DNA of 64,000 nucleotides, taken from NCBI GenBank assembly GCA_965204725.1, contig OZ242005.1, forward strand, positions 96,001 to 160,000. The letters run 5' to 3'. Shown one piece after another: positions 28,471 through 38,305 of this stretch. The position numbers and the translations under genes are program-made. How positions within the stretch are numbered: position 1 is the stretch's first letter; the number at the start of each line of letters is the position of its first letter. Source of the stretch: Candidatus Latescibacterota bacterium (GTDB lineage: Bacteria; Latescibacterota; UBA2968; UBA8231). Below the pieces are notes generated by a model. The model did no database searches. It had not been told where the DNA came from and worked only from the letters and a program-made list of their open reading frames with translations.

Positions 28471-29664
28471 ATGATGGGGCGACTGATCGGCGCGGCCTGT
28501 GCGCTCGCCGCCTGCGCCTCCGAGCCGCCGCCAGTGCCCGTCAATCACCTCGACCGCGCCCGCGCTCACTTTGCGGCGACCCGCTTTGAACAAGCGACCG
28601 CAGCCGCCCGCGCCGGGCTAGCCCTCGATTCGACCAACGCCGACCTCCACAACGTGCTGGCCTCGTCCCACGCGGCTCAGGGCCGCTATGCCCTCGCCAT
28701 TGAATCCCTCGAAATAACCGTCCGCCTCCAGCCCGACTACGCCATGGGCTTTGTGAACCTCGGCGGGATCTACACCAAGCTGGGCCAGTACGATCGCGCC
28801 GCGACCTATCTCCAGCGCGCCGTCCAGCTCCACTCCGACAACTCGCCGGTGCGCCGGCGCTTGGGCGAGCTATACTTGGCCACCGGACGCTATGCCGAGG
28901 CCACCCGCGAGTTGCGCGAAGCCCTGCGCCTGTTTCCCAACGACGCCACTCTTTACTACTACCTCGGCCAAAGCCTCGCGGCCGAGAACCGATCGGCCGA
29001 AGCCCTAGCGGCCTTTCAGCGCGCCACTGTGCTCGACATCGGCTTTGCCGACGCCTTCTATCGCCTCGCCACCCTCGCCCGCCAAGCCGGTCGCGGCCCC
29101 TTGGCCCAGCAGGCCCTAGCGAGTTTTGAGCACCTTCAAGCACTCAGTGGCAAGGAGGTCAAGCGGCTGCGCGCAGCCATCCTCAACGCGCCCGAAGAAG
29201 CGGCCCATCACTACAACCTCGGCCTGTTCTTCGTCCGGCACGGGTACTTTGCCCAAGCCGAGAACAAATTCGACCGGGCCGTCGCCTTGCGCTCTGGGGA
29301 CCTCGCCCTGCTCAACCGCCTCGCCAGCGACCTGATAAAGCTGCAACAGCCCGAAGCTGCGCTCCGCTACTTGCAGATAGCCCTCGACCAAGACCCCACG
29401 CATTTTCCCTCCTTGCTCAGTGCCGGGCACATCGCCGGCCAGCTCGGGCGCTACGACGAGGCCGTAGCTCACTGCCGCCGAGCGACTGCGGTGCGCCCAG
29501 ACGACGCCGAGGGCTGGTATCTCCTCGGCTTGGGCCTGTTCAGCAAGGGGGAACGCGCGGACGCCGAACAAGCGTTGCGCCGCAGCCTAGCGCTCAGCGC
29601 GGACGCCGAGGAGCTGCGCCCCAAGGTCCAGCAACTGCTCAACACCCTGCAACAACACCCTTAA
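28471..29664 (+). CDS. TPR lipoprotein
   Basis: ATG 28471 follows the upstream stop; lipobox LAAC; TPR repeats. Confidence 0.88.
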   Translation: MMGRLIGAACALAACASEPPPVPVNHLDRARAHFAATRFEQATAAARAGLALDSTNADLHNVLASSHAAQGRYALAIESLEITVRLQPDYAMGFVNLGGIYTKLGQYDRAATYLQRAVQLHSDNSPVRRRLGELYLATGRYAEATRELREALRLFPNDATLYYYLGQSLAAENRSAEALAAFQRATVLDIGFADAFYRLATLARQAGRGPLAQQALASFEHLQALSGKEVKRLRAAILNAPEEAAHHYNLGLFFVRHGYFAQAENKFDRAVALRSGDLALLNRLASDLIKLQQPEAALRYLQIALDQDPTHFPSLLSAGHIAGQLGRYDEAVAHCRRATAVRPDDAEGWYLLGLGLFSKGERADAEQALRRSLALSADAEELRPKVQQLLNTLQQHP

Positions 29665-29697
29665 ACGCCGCGACTGGCCCACAAGAGGAGTCCATTT

Positions 29698-30699
29698 ATG
29701 AATCGCCCCCCCGCAGAGTTCAAACGCATTGCCGCCGCCGACCTCAGAGCCTTTGGCACGGCCTGCCTGCGCGCCGCCGGCCTGTCCGCGGCCCACGCCG
29801 CCCAGTTGGCCGACCTACTCACTAACTCAGATTTGCGCGGCGTACGCTCGCACGGCACCCGCGCCCTGTACGGGTATTGCTGTACGCTCCGCGACAAAAA
29901 GGCCAACCCCGCCCCCGACATTCGCGTCCTGCGCGAAAGCGACACCCACGTCTTTGTCGATGGCGATGGCAGCCTCGGGTACGCGCCGACCATGCTGGCT
30001 GCGGAACGGGCCATTGCCAAGGCCAAGGAAAAGGGGCTCGCCGTCGGCGCGGCCTGCCACATTGGGCACTACGGCTCGGCCGGGCACTACGTGCGCCGCG
30101 CCATGGCGGAAAATTGCGTGGGCTTTTCAGTGCAAGCGGCGTACCCTCAGTTCTACCCCAGCAACGAAGGCAAGCGCGCCGCCCACTACGGCAACCCGCC
30201 CCTGTGCTTTGGCCTGCCCGGGCAAGAAGGGCCAGCGGTGGTCCTCGACGTGGCGACCTGCATCCTCGCCGACTACCAGCGCGGCGAGCCTATCGAAGCC
30301 ATTGAAGAGCTGATCCCGGCGGCCTTCTTCAAGTCCATGGGGTACACTGCCATCGCTACCCTGCTCGGCGGGGCCTTTGTCGGCCAAGGGGACGACCGCG
30401 CCCGCGAGATCGCCGCGCAGTGGCCGGCCGCGCGCATGGGCAGCTTAATCCTCGTGCTCGACTTGGGCCTTTTCGCGCCCGCGCCGCAAGTGCGCCGTGG
30501 CGTCGATGAACTCGTGCGCCTAGCGGGTGAGCAGCTCATTCCCCTGCGCGGGTACGACGAAGTCACCCTGCCGGGCACTCCCGAACACCGCAACGAAGAA
30601 GCGTATGCACGCGACGGCGTACCCGTCGGCGTAGAGGATGTCGAGCGCCTAGCCGAATGCGGCCGGGCCTTTGGCGTCGCCCCGCCGTGGCTGGACTAA
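29698..30699 (+). CDS. Ldh_2-family (type 2 malate/L-lactate/ureidoglycolate) dehydrogenase
   Basis: 'SDLRGVRSHG', 'VDGDGSLG', 'HYGSAGHY', 'GNPPLCFG', C-terminal 'LPG..E'. Confidence 0.88.
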   Translation: MNRPPAEFKRIAAADLRAFGTACLRAAGLSAAHAAQLADLLTNSDLRGVRSHGTRALYGYCCTLRDKKANPAPDIRVLRESDTHVFVDGDGSLGYAPTMLAAERAIAKAKEKGLAVGAACHIGHYGSAGHYVRRAMAENCVGFSVQAAYPQFYPSNEGKRAAHYGNPPLCFGLPGQEGPAVVLDVATCILADYQRGEPIEAIEELIPAAFFKSMGYTAIATLLGGAFVGQGDDRAREIAAQWPAARMGSLILVLDLGLFAPAPQVRRGVDELVRLAGEQLIPLRGYDEVTLPGTPEHRNEEAYARDGVPVGVEDVERLAECGRAFGVAPPWLD

Positions 30700-30741
30700 C
30701 GCCGCGCCGGTTTCTACCTTACGGCTAAAAAGGAGAACGCT

Positions 30742-31608
30742 ATGAGCCTGACGCCGGCGCGCCACGCCGAGCTAAAACGCCATGCCATCCACCTGCGCCG
30801 CCTAGTCGTCGAGTCGGTACACCGCGCTGGGGCTGGGCACCTAGGCGGCCCCATGTCCGCGGCCGAGTTGCTCATCGCCTTGTATTTCGCCGAGCTAAAC
30901 ATCGACCCGGCCCGGCCCCGCGCTGAAGGCCGCGACCGCTTCATCCTGTCCAAGGGGCACTCGTCAATCGGCCTGTACGCGGCTTTGGCCCTGCGCGGCT
31001 TTCTGCCCATCGAAGAGCTCGCCACCTTTGACGCTATTGACTCCCGCCTCCAAGGCCACCCGGACATGAGCGTCCTCCCCGGCCTCGACATGTCCACCGG
31101 CTCGCTGGGCCAAGGTCTGTCGCCCGGCCTCGGCATGGCCCTCGCCGCCCGGCTCAAGGGGCAGAACTTTCGCACTTGGGTGATGATCGGCGACGGCGAC
31201 TCGCAGGAGGGGCAAATATGGGAGGCGGCCTTTGTCGCCGCGCGCTACGGCCTCGACCATCTCACCGCCATCCTCGACTGGAACGGCCTCCAGCAATACG
31301 GCTGGGCCACCGCAAAGGGCTACGGCGTGCTCGACCGCTTGGCCGCGCAGGAAAATCCGCTCAGCCGCTGGCGCGCCTTTGGCTGGAACGCCATCGAGAC
31401 CGACGGGCACGACTTTCCCGCCATTTTCTCGGCCTTTGCCGCGGCCAAAGCCCACCGCGGGCAACCCACCATCATCGTCGCCCGCACGGTCAAGGGCAAA
31501 GGAATATCCTACATGGAAAACGACTTCAACTGGCACTCCAAGCCCGTGACCGACCAAGACCTCACACGAGCGCAGGACGAACTCGCCGCGCAGGAGGCCG
31601 CCCTGTGA
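30742..31608 (+). CDS. Transketolase N-terminal (TPP-binding) subunit
   Basis: 'GHLGG..S', 'DRFILSKGH', 'LQGHP', 'STGSLGQG', 'GDG..QEG..WEA', 'TVKGKG'. Confidence 0.95.
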   Translation: MSLTPARHAELKRHAIHLRRLVVESVHRAGAGHLGGPMSAAELLIALYFAELNIDPARPRAEGRDRFILSKGHSSIGLYAALALRGFLPIEELATFDAIDSRLQGHPDMSVLPGLDMSTGSLGQGLSPGLGMALAARLKGQNFRTWVMIGDGDSQEGQIWEAAFVAARYGLDHLTAILDWNGLQQYGWATAKGYGVLDRLAAQENPLSRWRAFGWNAIETDGHDFPAIFSAFAAAKAHRGQPTIIVARTVKGKGISYMENDFNWHSKPVTDQDLTRAQDELAAQEAAL

Positions 31609-32552
31609 ACCTCTCCATCACCAGCGATATGCTGGCCCAGCGCGACGCTTTTGGCGACGCGCTCATCGAACTCATAGACCGCGACGCCCGCGTGTACGTG
31701 CTCGACGGCGACTTGGCCAACTCGACCAAGGCCGACAAAGTCTCCCGCGAGCGGCCCGACCGCTTCCTCGAAATGGGCATTGCCGAGCAAAACATGATGG
31801 GCGTCGCCGCTGGCATGGCCACCTGCGGCCTCGTGCCGTGGCTGAGTAGCTTCGCCTGCTTCATCGTCAACCGCGACCTCGATCAGCTCCGCGTCGTCGT
31901 CGCCCAGCCCAACTTACCGGTCAAGCTCTGCGGCGCGTACTCGGGCCTGTTGACCGGCAAAACGGGCAAAACCCATCAAGAAGTCGCCGACATCGCCGTC
32001 ATGCGGGCCATGCCGAACATGACCGTCTTGGCCCCGGCCGACGCCGTAGAAGTCCGCGCCTGTATGTTGGTGGCTAACGACCTGCCCGGCCCGGTGTACG
32101 TGCGCATGACGCGCGACCCAGAGCCGGTCATCTTTTCAGGGGACTACGAGTTTGAGCTGGGCCGCGCCTTGGTCGTGCGCGAGGGCACGGACGTCGCCCT
32201 CGTATCCACCGGGGCCCAAACCCCGCGCTGCCTCGTCGCGGCCGACGAATTGGCGCGCGAGGGGATCGCCGCGCTCGTCTTGCACGTACCGACCCTCAAG
32301 CCCCTCGACGCAGACGCCATTGTCGCCGTGGCCGAGCAGACCGGCCGCCTAGTAACGGCCGAAGATCACACGATCATCGGCGGCTTGGGCAGCGCGGTCG
32401 CCGAAGTGCTCGGGGAGCACTGCCCTACCCCCATGCGGCGCGTCGGCATCCGCGACGTATTCGGCGAATCCGCCCCCAACGAGGAGTTGCTGCAAAAATA
32501 CGGTCTGACCCCCGGGCACGTCGCACAGGCGGCGCGGGGGCTGTTCTCTTGA
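31605..32552 (+). CDS. Transketolase C-terminal subunit
   Basis: GTG start overlaps the upstream stop; 'DL..ST', 'MGIAEQNM', 'GPVY.R', 'EDH...GGLGSAV'. Confidence 0.93.
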   Translation: MNLSITSDMLAQRDAFGDALIELIDRDARVYVLDGDLANSTKADKVSRERPDRFLEMGIAEQNMMGVAAGMATCGLVPWLSSFACFIVNRDLDQLRVVVAQPNLPVKLCGAYSGLLTGKTGKTHQEVADIAVMRAMPNMTVLAPADAVEVRACMLVANDLPGPVYVRMTRDPEPVIFSGDYEFELGRALVVREGTDVALVSTGAQTPRCLVAADELAREGIAALVLHVPTLKPLDADAIVAVAEQTGRLVTAEDHTIIGGLGSAVAEVLGEHCPTPMRRVGIRDVFGESAPNEELLQKYGLTPGHVAQAARGLFS

Positions 32553-32694
32553 CTGCCGTATCCAAATGCCCGTAATTAAATGCAATCCCTACCGCAACCT
32601 ATCACCACACTACCACAAGCTGCTGATGACGCAACATACCACTATTTACTTCAGGGTGTTTGTTGACCAGCCGCCGCTCATTATGATCCATGCT

Positions 32695-32724
32695 AGAGTG
32701 CATCGCAGATGCACTCTTTTTATT
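32695..32724 (+). terminator. Possible terminator hairpin
   Basis: AGAGTGCATC-GCA-GATGCACTCT followed by a T-rich tract. Confidence 0.5.
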
Positions 32725-32754
32725 TGACCGCTGCCACAGAAAACGAGAGGCCGC

Positions 32755-33474
32755 ATGAAAGAGGGTTTGCTGCAACTATTAAAGCTCCAAGAGGTCGATA
32801 AAAAGCTCTTTGAGCTCGAAGAGGCCAAAGAAAAATATCCCGCTGAAATTGATCTGCGTCGCAGCAGGATAGCCAAGGCGCGGTCCGCCCTAGCCGATTT
32901 AGAGGCCCAGAGCGCGGAGATCGAAAAGCAACAGCGGCACTGCGAGCGCGAGATCGAAAGTGGCAAGGCCGCCCTGCGCGAGCGCGAGGAGCGCTTTTCC
33001 GCAGTGACCACCAACAAAGAATACGATTCCCTCCAGCTCGAAATCGAAATCTGCAAAAAGGACATTGCCGAGCACGAGACGCAACTGCTCAAAGCCCTTG
33101 AGGCGCTAGAGCGAATTCAGGAGCAGGTCGTCGAAGAACGAGGTGCTTTTGAGGAGGGCCGTGCGGTCGAGCAGGAGCGCATTGACGAGCTCCAAGGCCA
33201 GCTTGGCACCATGCAGGAGCAAATCGACAAAGTCGCAGCAAACCGGCAGGTAGTAGCCCAAGGGATCGAGGCCATCGACGCCCAACTGCTGCGGACGTAC
33301 AATCGCAAGAAGGGGCGGCGCGGGATTCGCGTCGCAGCCGTGCGCAAAGAGGCCTGCGGTGCTTGCTACCACCAGATGCCCGCCCAAACTCGCAACGAGG
33401 TCCGCATCGGCAACCGCGTCATCTTTTGCGAGAGTTGCGGCACCATCATGGTCTGGGACGCGCAGTCGGTTTGA
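32755..33474 (+). CDS. Coiled-coil protein with C4 zinc ribbon (CT398/DUF164-like)
   Basis: 'L..LQ.VD' N-terminus, long coiled coil, 'CGAC...CESCG'. Confidence 0.9.
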   Translation: MKEGLLQLLKLQEVDKKLFELEEAKEKYPAEIDLRRSRIAKARSALADLEAQSAEIEKQQRHCEREIESGKAALREREERFSAVTTNKEYDSLQLEIEICKKDIAEHETQLLKALEALERIQEQVVEERGAFEEGRAVEQERIDELQGQLGTMQEQIDKVAANRQVVAQGIEAIDAQLLRTYNRKKGRRGIRVAAVRKEACGACYHQMPAQTRNEVRIGNRVIFCESCGTIMVWDAQSV

Positions 33475-33478
33475 TTTT

Positions 33479-33853
33479 GGGAGGAGTAAGTCGGGCGGAC
33501 GCGCCTGCGGCCGCGAGCGGTCGCGGGTGAGGAAAGTCCGAGCTCCACAGGACAGGATGCTGGGTAACTCCCAGGGGGGGCGACCCCACAGACAGTGCCA
33601 CAGAAAACACACCGCCCAGCTTGCTGGGTAAGGTTGAAAAGGCGAGGTAAGAGCTCACCGCACCTGCGGCGACGCAGGTGGCATGGTAAACCTCATTCGG
33701 AGCAAGGCCAAGTAGGGAAGAGAGGCGGTCCGCCTCGCTCGATTCCCGGGTAGGCCGCACCGAGGCGGCTGGGTAACCACCGCCCCAGATGAATGCCCGC
33801 ACAACGCACTTCAGGTGCGTGGACAGAACTCGGCTTATAGACTCACTCCTCCC
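33479..33853 (+). ncRNA. rnpB: RNase P RNA (type A)
   Basis: GAGGAAAGTCCGAGCTC, AGTGCCACAGAAA, GGTAAGAGCTCACCG, GAGCAAGGCCAA, AGATGAATG and ACAGAACTCGGCTTA motifs; P1 pairing GGGAGGAGT/ACTCCTCCC. Confidence 0.97.
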
Positions 33854-33856
33854 ACA

Positions 33857-33893
33857 CCCGGAGCCCGGCGGCTCCGGGTGATTTTTCTTTCTT
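33857..33893 (+). terminator. Terminator after rnpB
   Basis: ACCCGGAGCC...GGCTCCGGGT stem followed by GATTTTTCTTTCTTT. Confidence 0.8.
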
Positions 33894-33904
33894 TGGAGCG
33901 CTAT

Positions 33905-35023
33905 ATGTTTTTGCCGATCGCCGTGCTCGTGTTGATTGCCGCACGGCTTCCCGCCCAACAGGCCGACCGCTACGCGATTGAGCCGCTGGTCTCGCAGCGA
34001 GCCGAAGGCTACATCGACTGGACGCAACACGCGCTCTTTGCTCAGGGCGACGGCACCGCGCCCGCGGCGGTAACCGACCCGGTGCAGCAGCGGCTCCACG
34101 GGTTGCGCAATGCCCGCGACGAGGCGTTCCGCAACCTGCGCGCACTAATCGGCCAAGTGCGCCTCAACGCCGATACCCAACTGCAAGACGCGGGCCTTGA
34201 GCGCGATTTTCAAGAGCTCGCCCGCGTGGCCATTGGCTCGCAAAGCGAGGACCAAGGGCGGTATCGGATCGCCGTGCGGCTGCTCCTGCTAGGCGATTTC
34301 GCCGCGGCGGTGTTGCCCCAAGTCGAGCCTATAGACCCAAGGGCACACGCCTTCCCCGCAGCACCGGCCACCGCCGATCCCCTCGTAACGGACGAAGCAC
34401 CAGCCACCACCGATTCCCTCGCAACAGACGAAGCAGCAGCTACCGCCGATTCCCTCGCGGCGAACGAAGCACCCGCCACCGCCGATCCCCTCGCAACGGA
34501 CGAAGCAGCAGCCCCCGCCGACTCCCTCGCAACGGACGATCTCGTGTTTTTCGTGCCCGATGCTCCCTACACGGGCTTGCTCATCGACGTCCGCGGGCTT
34601 GGGTTGCAACCGAGCATCGCGCCGAGGGTGCTCAGCGCAGACGGGCATCTCATTCACGGTGTGGCGACCGTGGACCGCCGCCTCGCCACCGACTACGGAG
34701 TCGCCGGCTACGACGACGACCTCAACCGCGCCTACACCAGTGAACGGCTCGGCGGGGAGGACGCCAAGCCTTTCGTCGTCAAGGCTACGGGCACGGCCGG
34801 CCGCTACTCAGGCGACGCCATCCTCGACGACTTCGATGCCGTGCAGGTCCTGCAAGCCGACGAGGCCGGCGACTTTTTGCGCCAAGGCCGGGTGACTTTC
34901 CTCCTCGGCCCGGCCCCAGCCGTCTTCGATTCCACCTATACCGATTCCATTTTCACATCAGAAGGCATAGAACATGAGCTCGAGTTTTACGACGAAATGG
35001 AACCAAGCCACTCGGCGGAATAA
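33905..35023 (+). CDS. Secreted LPP20-like protein with internal tandem repeat
   Basis: Signal peptide; 'G.IDWT.....A.G.G', 'A..AR.EA.RNL...I..VR' and 'YTGLLID.RGL..QP..APRV' motifs. Confidence 0.7.
   Translation: MFLPIAVLVLIAARLPAQQADRYAIEPLVSQRAEGYIDWTQHALFAQGDGTAPAAVTDPVQQRLHGLRNARDEAFRNLRALIGQVRLNADTQLQDAGLERDFQELARVAIGSQSEDQGRYRIAVRLLLLGDFAAAVLPQVEPIDPRAHAFPAAPATADPLVTDEAPATTDSLATDEAAATADSLAANEAPATADPLATDEAAAPADSLATDDLVFFVPDAPYTGLLIDVRGLGLQPSIAPRVLSADGHLIHGVATVDRRLATDYGVAGYDDDLNRAYTSERLGGEDAKPFVVKATGTAGRYSGDAILDDFDAVQVLQADEAGDFLRQGRVTFLLGPAPAVFDSTYTDSIFTSEGIEHELEFYDEMEPSHSAE
34361..34540. repeat. Coding tandem repeat, about 4.5 x 39 bp
   Basis: Encodes (APATADPL.TDE)n. Confidence 0.85.
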
Positions 35024-35789
35024 CTCGCTGGTCTGCGTCGGGCTAGATACCGACCTTGCTCAGTTGCCGGCCAGCGTCCGCACCAAAGCCGATCCCGTCC
35101 TCTACTTCAACAAACAAATCATCGACGCCACCTGCGACCTCGTCTGCTGCTACAAGCCCAACTTCGCTTTCTACAGCGCCCTCGGCGCCGACGGCTTTGC
35201 CACGCTCAAGCGCACCCTCGACCACGTCCCCGCAGACATCCCGGTGATCATCGACGCCAAGGTCGGCGACATCGGCAATGTGGCCGCGCAATACGCCCGC
35301 ACCTTTTACGAGGCCCTCGGCTGCGACGCCCTGACGGTGACTCCCTATATGGGCGCAGATTGCGTCGAGCCCTTCACCGCGTACAAAGATCGCACCACCT
35401 TTCTCGTCTGCCTGACGTCCAACCCCGGGGCCGACGACTTTGAAAAGCAACTCATGGGCGACCAGCCCCTATACGAGCGCGTCATTGCCAAGGCCCACGA
35501 GTGGAACGCCGCCCACAACATCGGCCTAGTCGCCGGCGCGACCCAACCCGAGCACTTGGCCCGCTTCCGCTCCCTAGCGCCGGACCTGCCCTTGCTGGTC
35601 CCCGGGGTCGGCGCACAAGGCGGCTCTGTAGAGCGAGCGGTCAAAAACGGCTGTGACGCCCAAGGCGCAGGCATCCTCATCAACTCCTCGCGCAGCATCC
35701 TCTACGCCTCTCAAGGCCGCGATTTCGCAGCCTCGGCCCGGCAGGCGACCCTAAGACTACGCGACGCGATCAACACCCATCGCCCCTGA
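34974..35789 (+). CDS. pyrF: Orotidine-5'-phosphate decarboxylase
   Basis: 'VCVGLD', 'YKPNFAFY', 'DAKVGDIG', 'TSNPGA', 'GAT', 'LVPGVGAQGG', 'NSSRSI'. Confidence 0.96.
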   Translation: MSSSFTTKWNQATRRNNSLVCVGLDTDLAQLPASVRTKADPVLYFNKQIIDATCDLVCCYKPNFAFYSALGADGFATLKRTLDHVPADIPVIIDAKVGDIGNVAAQYARTFYEALGCDALTVTPYMGADCVEPFTAYKDRTTFLVCLTSNPGADDFEKQLMGDQPLYERVIAKAHEWNAAHNIGLVAGATQPEHLARFRSLAPDLPLLVPGVGAQGGSVERAVKNGCDAQGAGILINSSRSILYASQGRDFAASARQATLRLRDAINTHRP

Positions 35790-35843
35790 GCCGTTAGCCG
35801 TTATTGCCATCAACCAAAGCTATCTCTATTTTTTGTAGCGAGT

Positions 35844-35921
35844 CGGGGTGTGGCGCAGTCCGGTCAGCGCACCTGCTTTGGGAGCAGGATGTCGTCGGTT
35901 CAAATCCGACCACCCCGACCA
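35844..35921 (+). tRNA. tRNA-Pro(TGG)
   Basis: Acceptor stem CGGGGTG/CACCCCG; anticodon arm CCTGC-TTTGGGA-GCAGG; T-loop GGTTCAAATCC; encoded CCA. Confidence 0.97.
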
Positions 35922-35990
35922 CTACTCGCCCTCCAGCATCTCTCCCTTCGGCACAGCGAATCCCCAATCCCTTCACGGCAAGGATGAATC

Positions 35991-37328
35991 ATGGCCCGAG
36001 AAATCAAGGCTTTGCTCGACGAGGAAATCGCTGCTTACGCAGCGCGCAACCCCCGCTCGTACGCGATGTTTGCGCGAGCCAAGCAATCCCTGCCGGGCGG
36101 CAACACTCGCACTGGCATCCATATTGACCCTTTTCCCCTCTATGCCGACCGCGGCGAGGGAGCCTATCTCTTCGACATCGACGGCCACCGCCTGACCGAC
36201 TTTGTCAACAACAACACGGCCCTGCCCTTGGGCCACGCCCATCCCGCCATCGTCGCCGCCCTACAGAAACAAATCGCCCTCGGCACTGGGTTTTCGCGGC
36301 CCCTCGCCCTTGAGGTAGAAATGGCCGAAGCGCTGCGGGCGCGCATGCCCGCGCTGGAGAAAGTGCGCTTTTGCTCCTCGGGCACCGAGGCCGTGCTCAA
36401 CGCCCTGCGCGTGGCGCGTGCGCATACCGGGCGCACCAAGATCGCCAAGTTTGAAGGGGCCTATCACGGGATAGACGACAGCGCACTGGTGAGTTATTTG
36501 CCGCCACTGGGGCCGGAGTTGGGGCCAGCGAGCAAACCGCAGGGCGTGGCCTCCTCGGCCGGGCTAATGGCCCATACCCTCGACGAGGTGGTCGTGCTGC
36601 CGTTCAACGACGCGGCCGCCTGCGCCGAGATCATCGCCAACTGCGCCCCAGAACTGGCCGCCGTGATCGTCGATCCGCTTTCCACGGCCGCCGGGCTGGC
36701 GCTGCCAGAGGCCGGTTTTTTGCCGAGCCTGCGCGACGCGGCCACCCGCGCCGGTGCCCTGCTAATTTTCGACGAAATCGTCAGCTTCCGTTGCGGCCCG
36801 GGCGGGGCGCACACCGCCTATCAGGTGCGGCCCGATCTGGTTTGTTTGGGCAAGGTAATCAGCGGTGGGACGCCCGGTGCGGCCTTCGGCGGCCGTGCCG
36901 ACGCCATGGACCTATACGACCCCGCCGACGGGCCACCCATCCAACAGTCCGGCACCTTCAACGCCAACCCCATCGCCCTAGTCGCTGGCTTGCAGACCCT
37001 CCAAGCGCTAACCCCAGCGGCTTACGAGCAGACAGAAGGACTGGCGCGGCGGGCAGCGGCGGGGTTGCAGGCCGCGTTTGGCGAGGTTGGGGTCGCCGTG
37101 CAGGTGGTCGTGGCCGGGTCCATATTCCGGCTGTATTTCCTCGACCAGCCGCCGCGCAATTTCCGCGAAGCAGCGCAGGACGACGCCCAGATGCACCGCT
37201 GGCTGTTCTTCGCTCTGCTCAATAGAGGGTTGTACACGCGAACGGGCGGCAACGTGTCGCTGGCGACCGAGCCCCACCACATCGACTCGCTAGTGCAGGG
37301 GGTGCGCGAGGCAGTGCAAGCACTGTAG
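35991..37328 (+). CDS. Class III PLP aminotransferase (GSA-aminomutase-like)
   Basis: 'GEGAYLFD.DG', 'SGTEA', 'KFEGAYHG', 'LIFDEI', 'GKVI.GG', 'SGTFNANP'. Confidence 0.92.
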   Translation: MAREIKALLDEEIAAYAARNPRSYAMFARAKQSLPGGNTRTGIHIDPFPLYADRGEGAYLFDIDGHRLTDFVNNNTALPLGHAHPAIVAALQKQIALGTGFSRPLALEVEMAEALRARMPALEKVRFCSSGTEAVLNALRVARAHTGRTKIAKFEGAYHGIDDSALVSYLPPLGPELGPASKPQGVASSAGLMAHTLDEVVVLPFNDAAACAEIIANCAPELAAVIVDPLSTAAGLALPEAGFLPSLRDAATRAGALLIFDEIVSFRCGPGGAHTAYQVRPDLVCLGKVISGGTPGAAFGGRADAMDLYDPADGPPIQQSGTFNANPIALVAGLQTLQALTPAAYEQTEGLARRAAAGLQAAFGEVGVAVQVVVAGSIFRLYFLDQPPRNFREAAQDDAQMHRWLFFALLNRGLYTRTGGNVSLATEPHHIDSLVQGVREAVQAL

Positions 37329-37461
37329 CATCCCGCATGACGGCGCACCCTCCTTTGGATATTGTCTATCGCGGCTAGTAGCGAATGCGCGACGGGCAGA
37401 CCGATCCAGACAGCGTACTACAGTCTTTTAACAGCGATGGGCAAGGGCAAAGATAGATGCG

Positions 37462-38301
37462 ATGAACCACATCCAAATTATCGAGCAAGTTTACAACGCA
37501 CTCTCTGCAAAGATCACCCAAGGCGAGATCCCTATTTCTCTTCGGGCACCTGCCGTGGTCGGCACAGTCCAAGACGACCCATTTGACTGCTGGGTTGCCG
37601 ATACAATCAGAGACGCGCTTCCAGATGTCGAAGTGTTTCATTCAGGTAAATTGACTACTCCGGATCTCGTATTGCGATATAAGGAGAGCAATTCACTGCT
37701 CGGTCTCGAAGTAAAAAAGCTCATCCAAAAGGAGGACGGCAAAGATCCACGAGGTCTTACCATCGACTACAATAGCTGTCTTCCCTGTGGGAAAGCCCTT
37801 GTGAAGGTAGGCGAGAACACGGTCGAGGTGCCTTGTTTTTATTTTTTTGCCCTTCTCAGTCCCGACAGCTCTTCCATGGTCACAACAATCCTGATGGATG
37901 GAGATTTCCTCAACTACGATTTTGAACTCCACAAGGATGCAAAATATGCAAATCAGAGCGAGTATAACCACGGCCCTTATGGAGAAGGCTCCGTCCGTCA
38001 CCGCAGGATGTACACCTATCCGAATCCACTCAACTATAAGCTGAGCTTTTTTTATTTGCGGCACATCCTTATTGTCAAACAGCACGAATTGGCATCCTTT
38101 GCTAGCGCACCCTGTACGGATTTAATTATCCGTGCCGATAAGTATCAAAACGCTTTTTACTATGTCGTGATAGACGATGTGAGCGAAAAGAATCTCCCTT
38201 TTCCACTGGAGAAGCTCCCCGTACGTCAAGATATTTTCAAAGTGTGCAAAGAACGTAAGCCAAAAGAGCGCACCGCCTCCATGCCGCAACTCCCAGAGTA
38301 G
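37462..38301 (+). CDS. Probable PD-(D/E)xK restriction endonuclease
   Basis: 'TPDLVL...GLEVKK' motif; lower GC; directly upstream of a DNA methyltransferase. Confidence 0.6.
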   Translation: MNHIQIIEQVYNALSAKITQGEIPISLRAPAVVGTVQDDPFDCWVADTIRDALPDVEVFHSGKLTTPDLVLRYKESNSLLGLEVKKLIQKEDGKDPRGLTIDYNSCLPCGKALVKVGENTVEVPCFYFFALLSPDSSSMVTTILMDGDFLNYDFELHKDAKYANQSEYNHGPYGEGSVRHRRMYTYPNPLNYKLSFFYLRHILIVKQHELASFASAPCTDLIIRADKYQNAFYYVVIDDVSEKNLPFPLEKLPVRQDIFKVCKERKPKERTASMPQLPE

Positions 38302-38305
38302 AGAG

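Noticed and set aside
33446-34099. ORFs overlapping 33479-33853
   Set aside because: The region is RNase P RNA.
35844-35921. tRNA-Pro as the attachment site of a genomic island
   Set aside because: No adjacent integrase, and I found no duplicate of the tRNA 3' end in the window.
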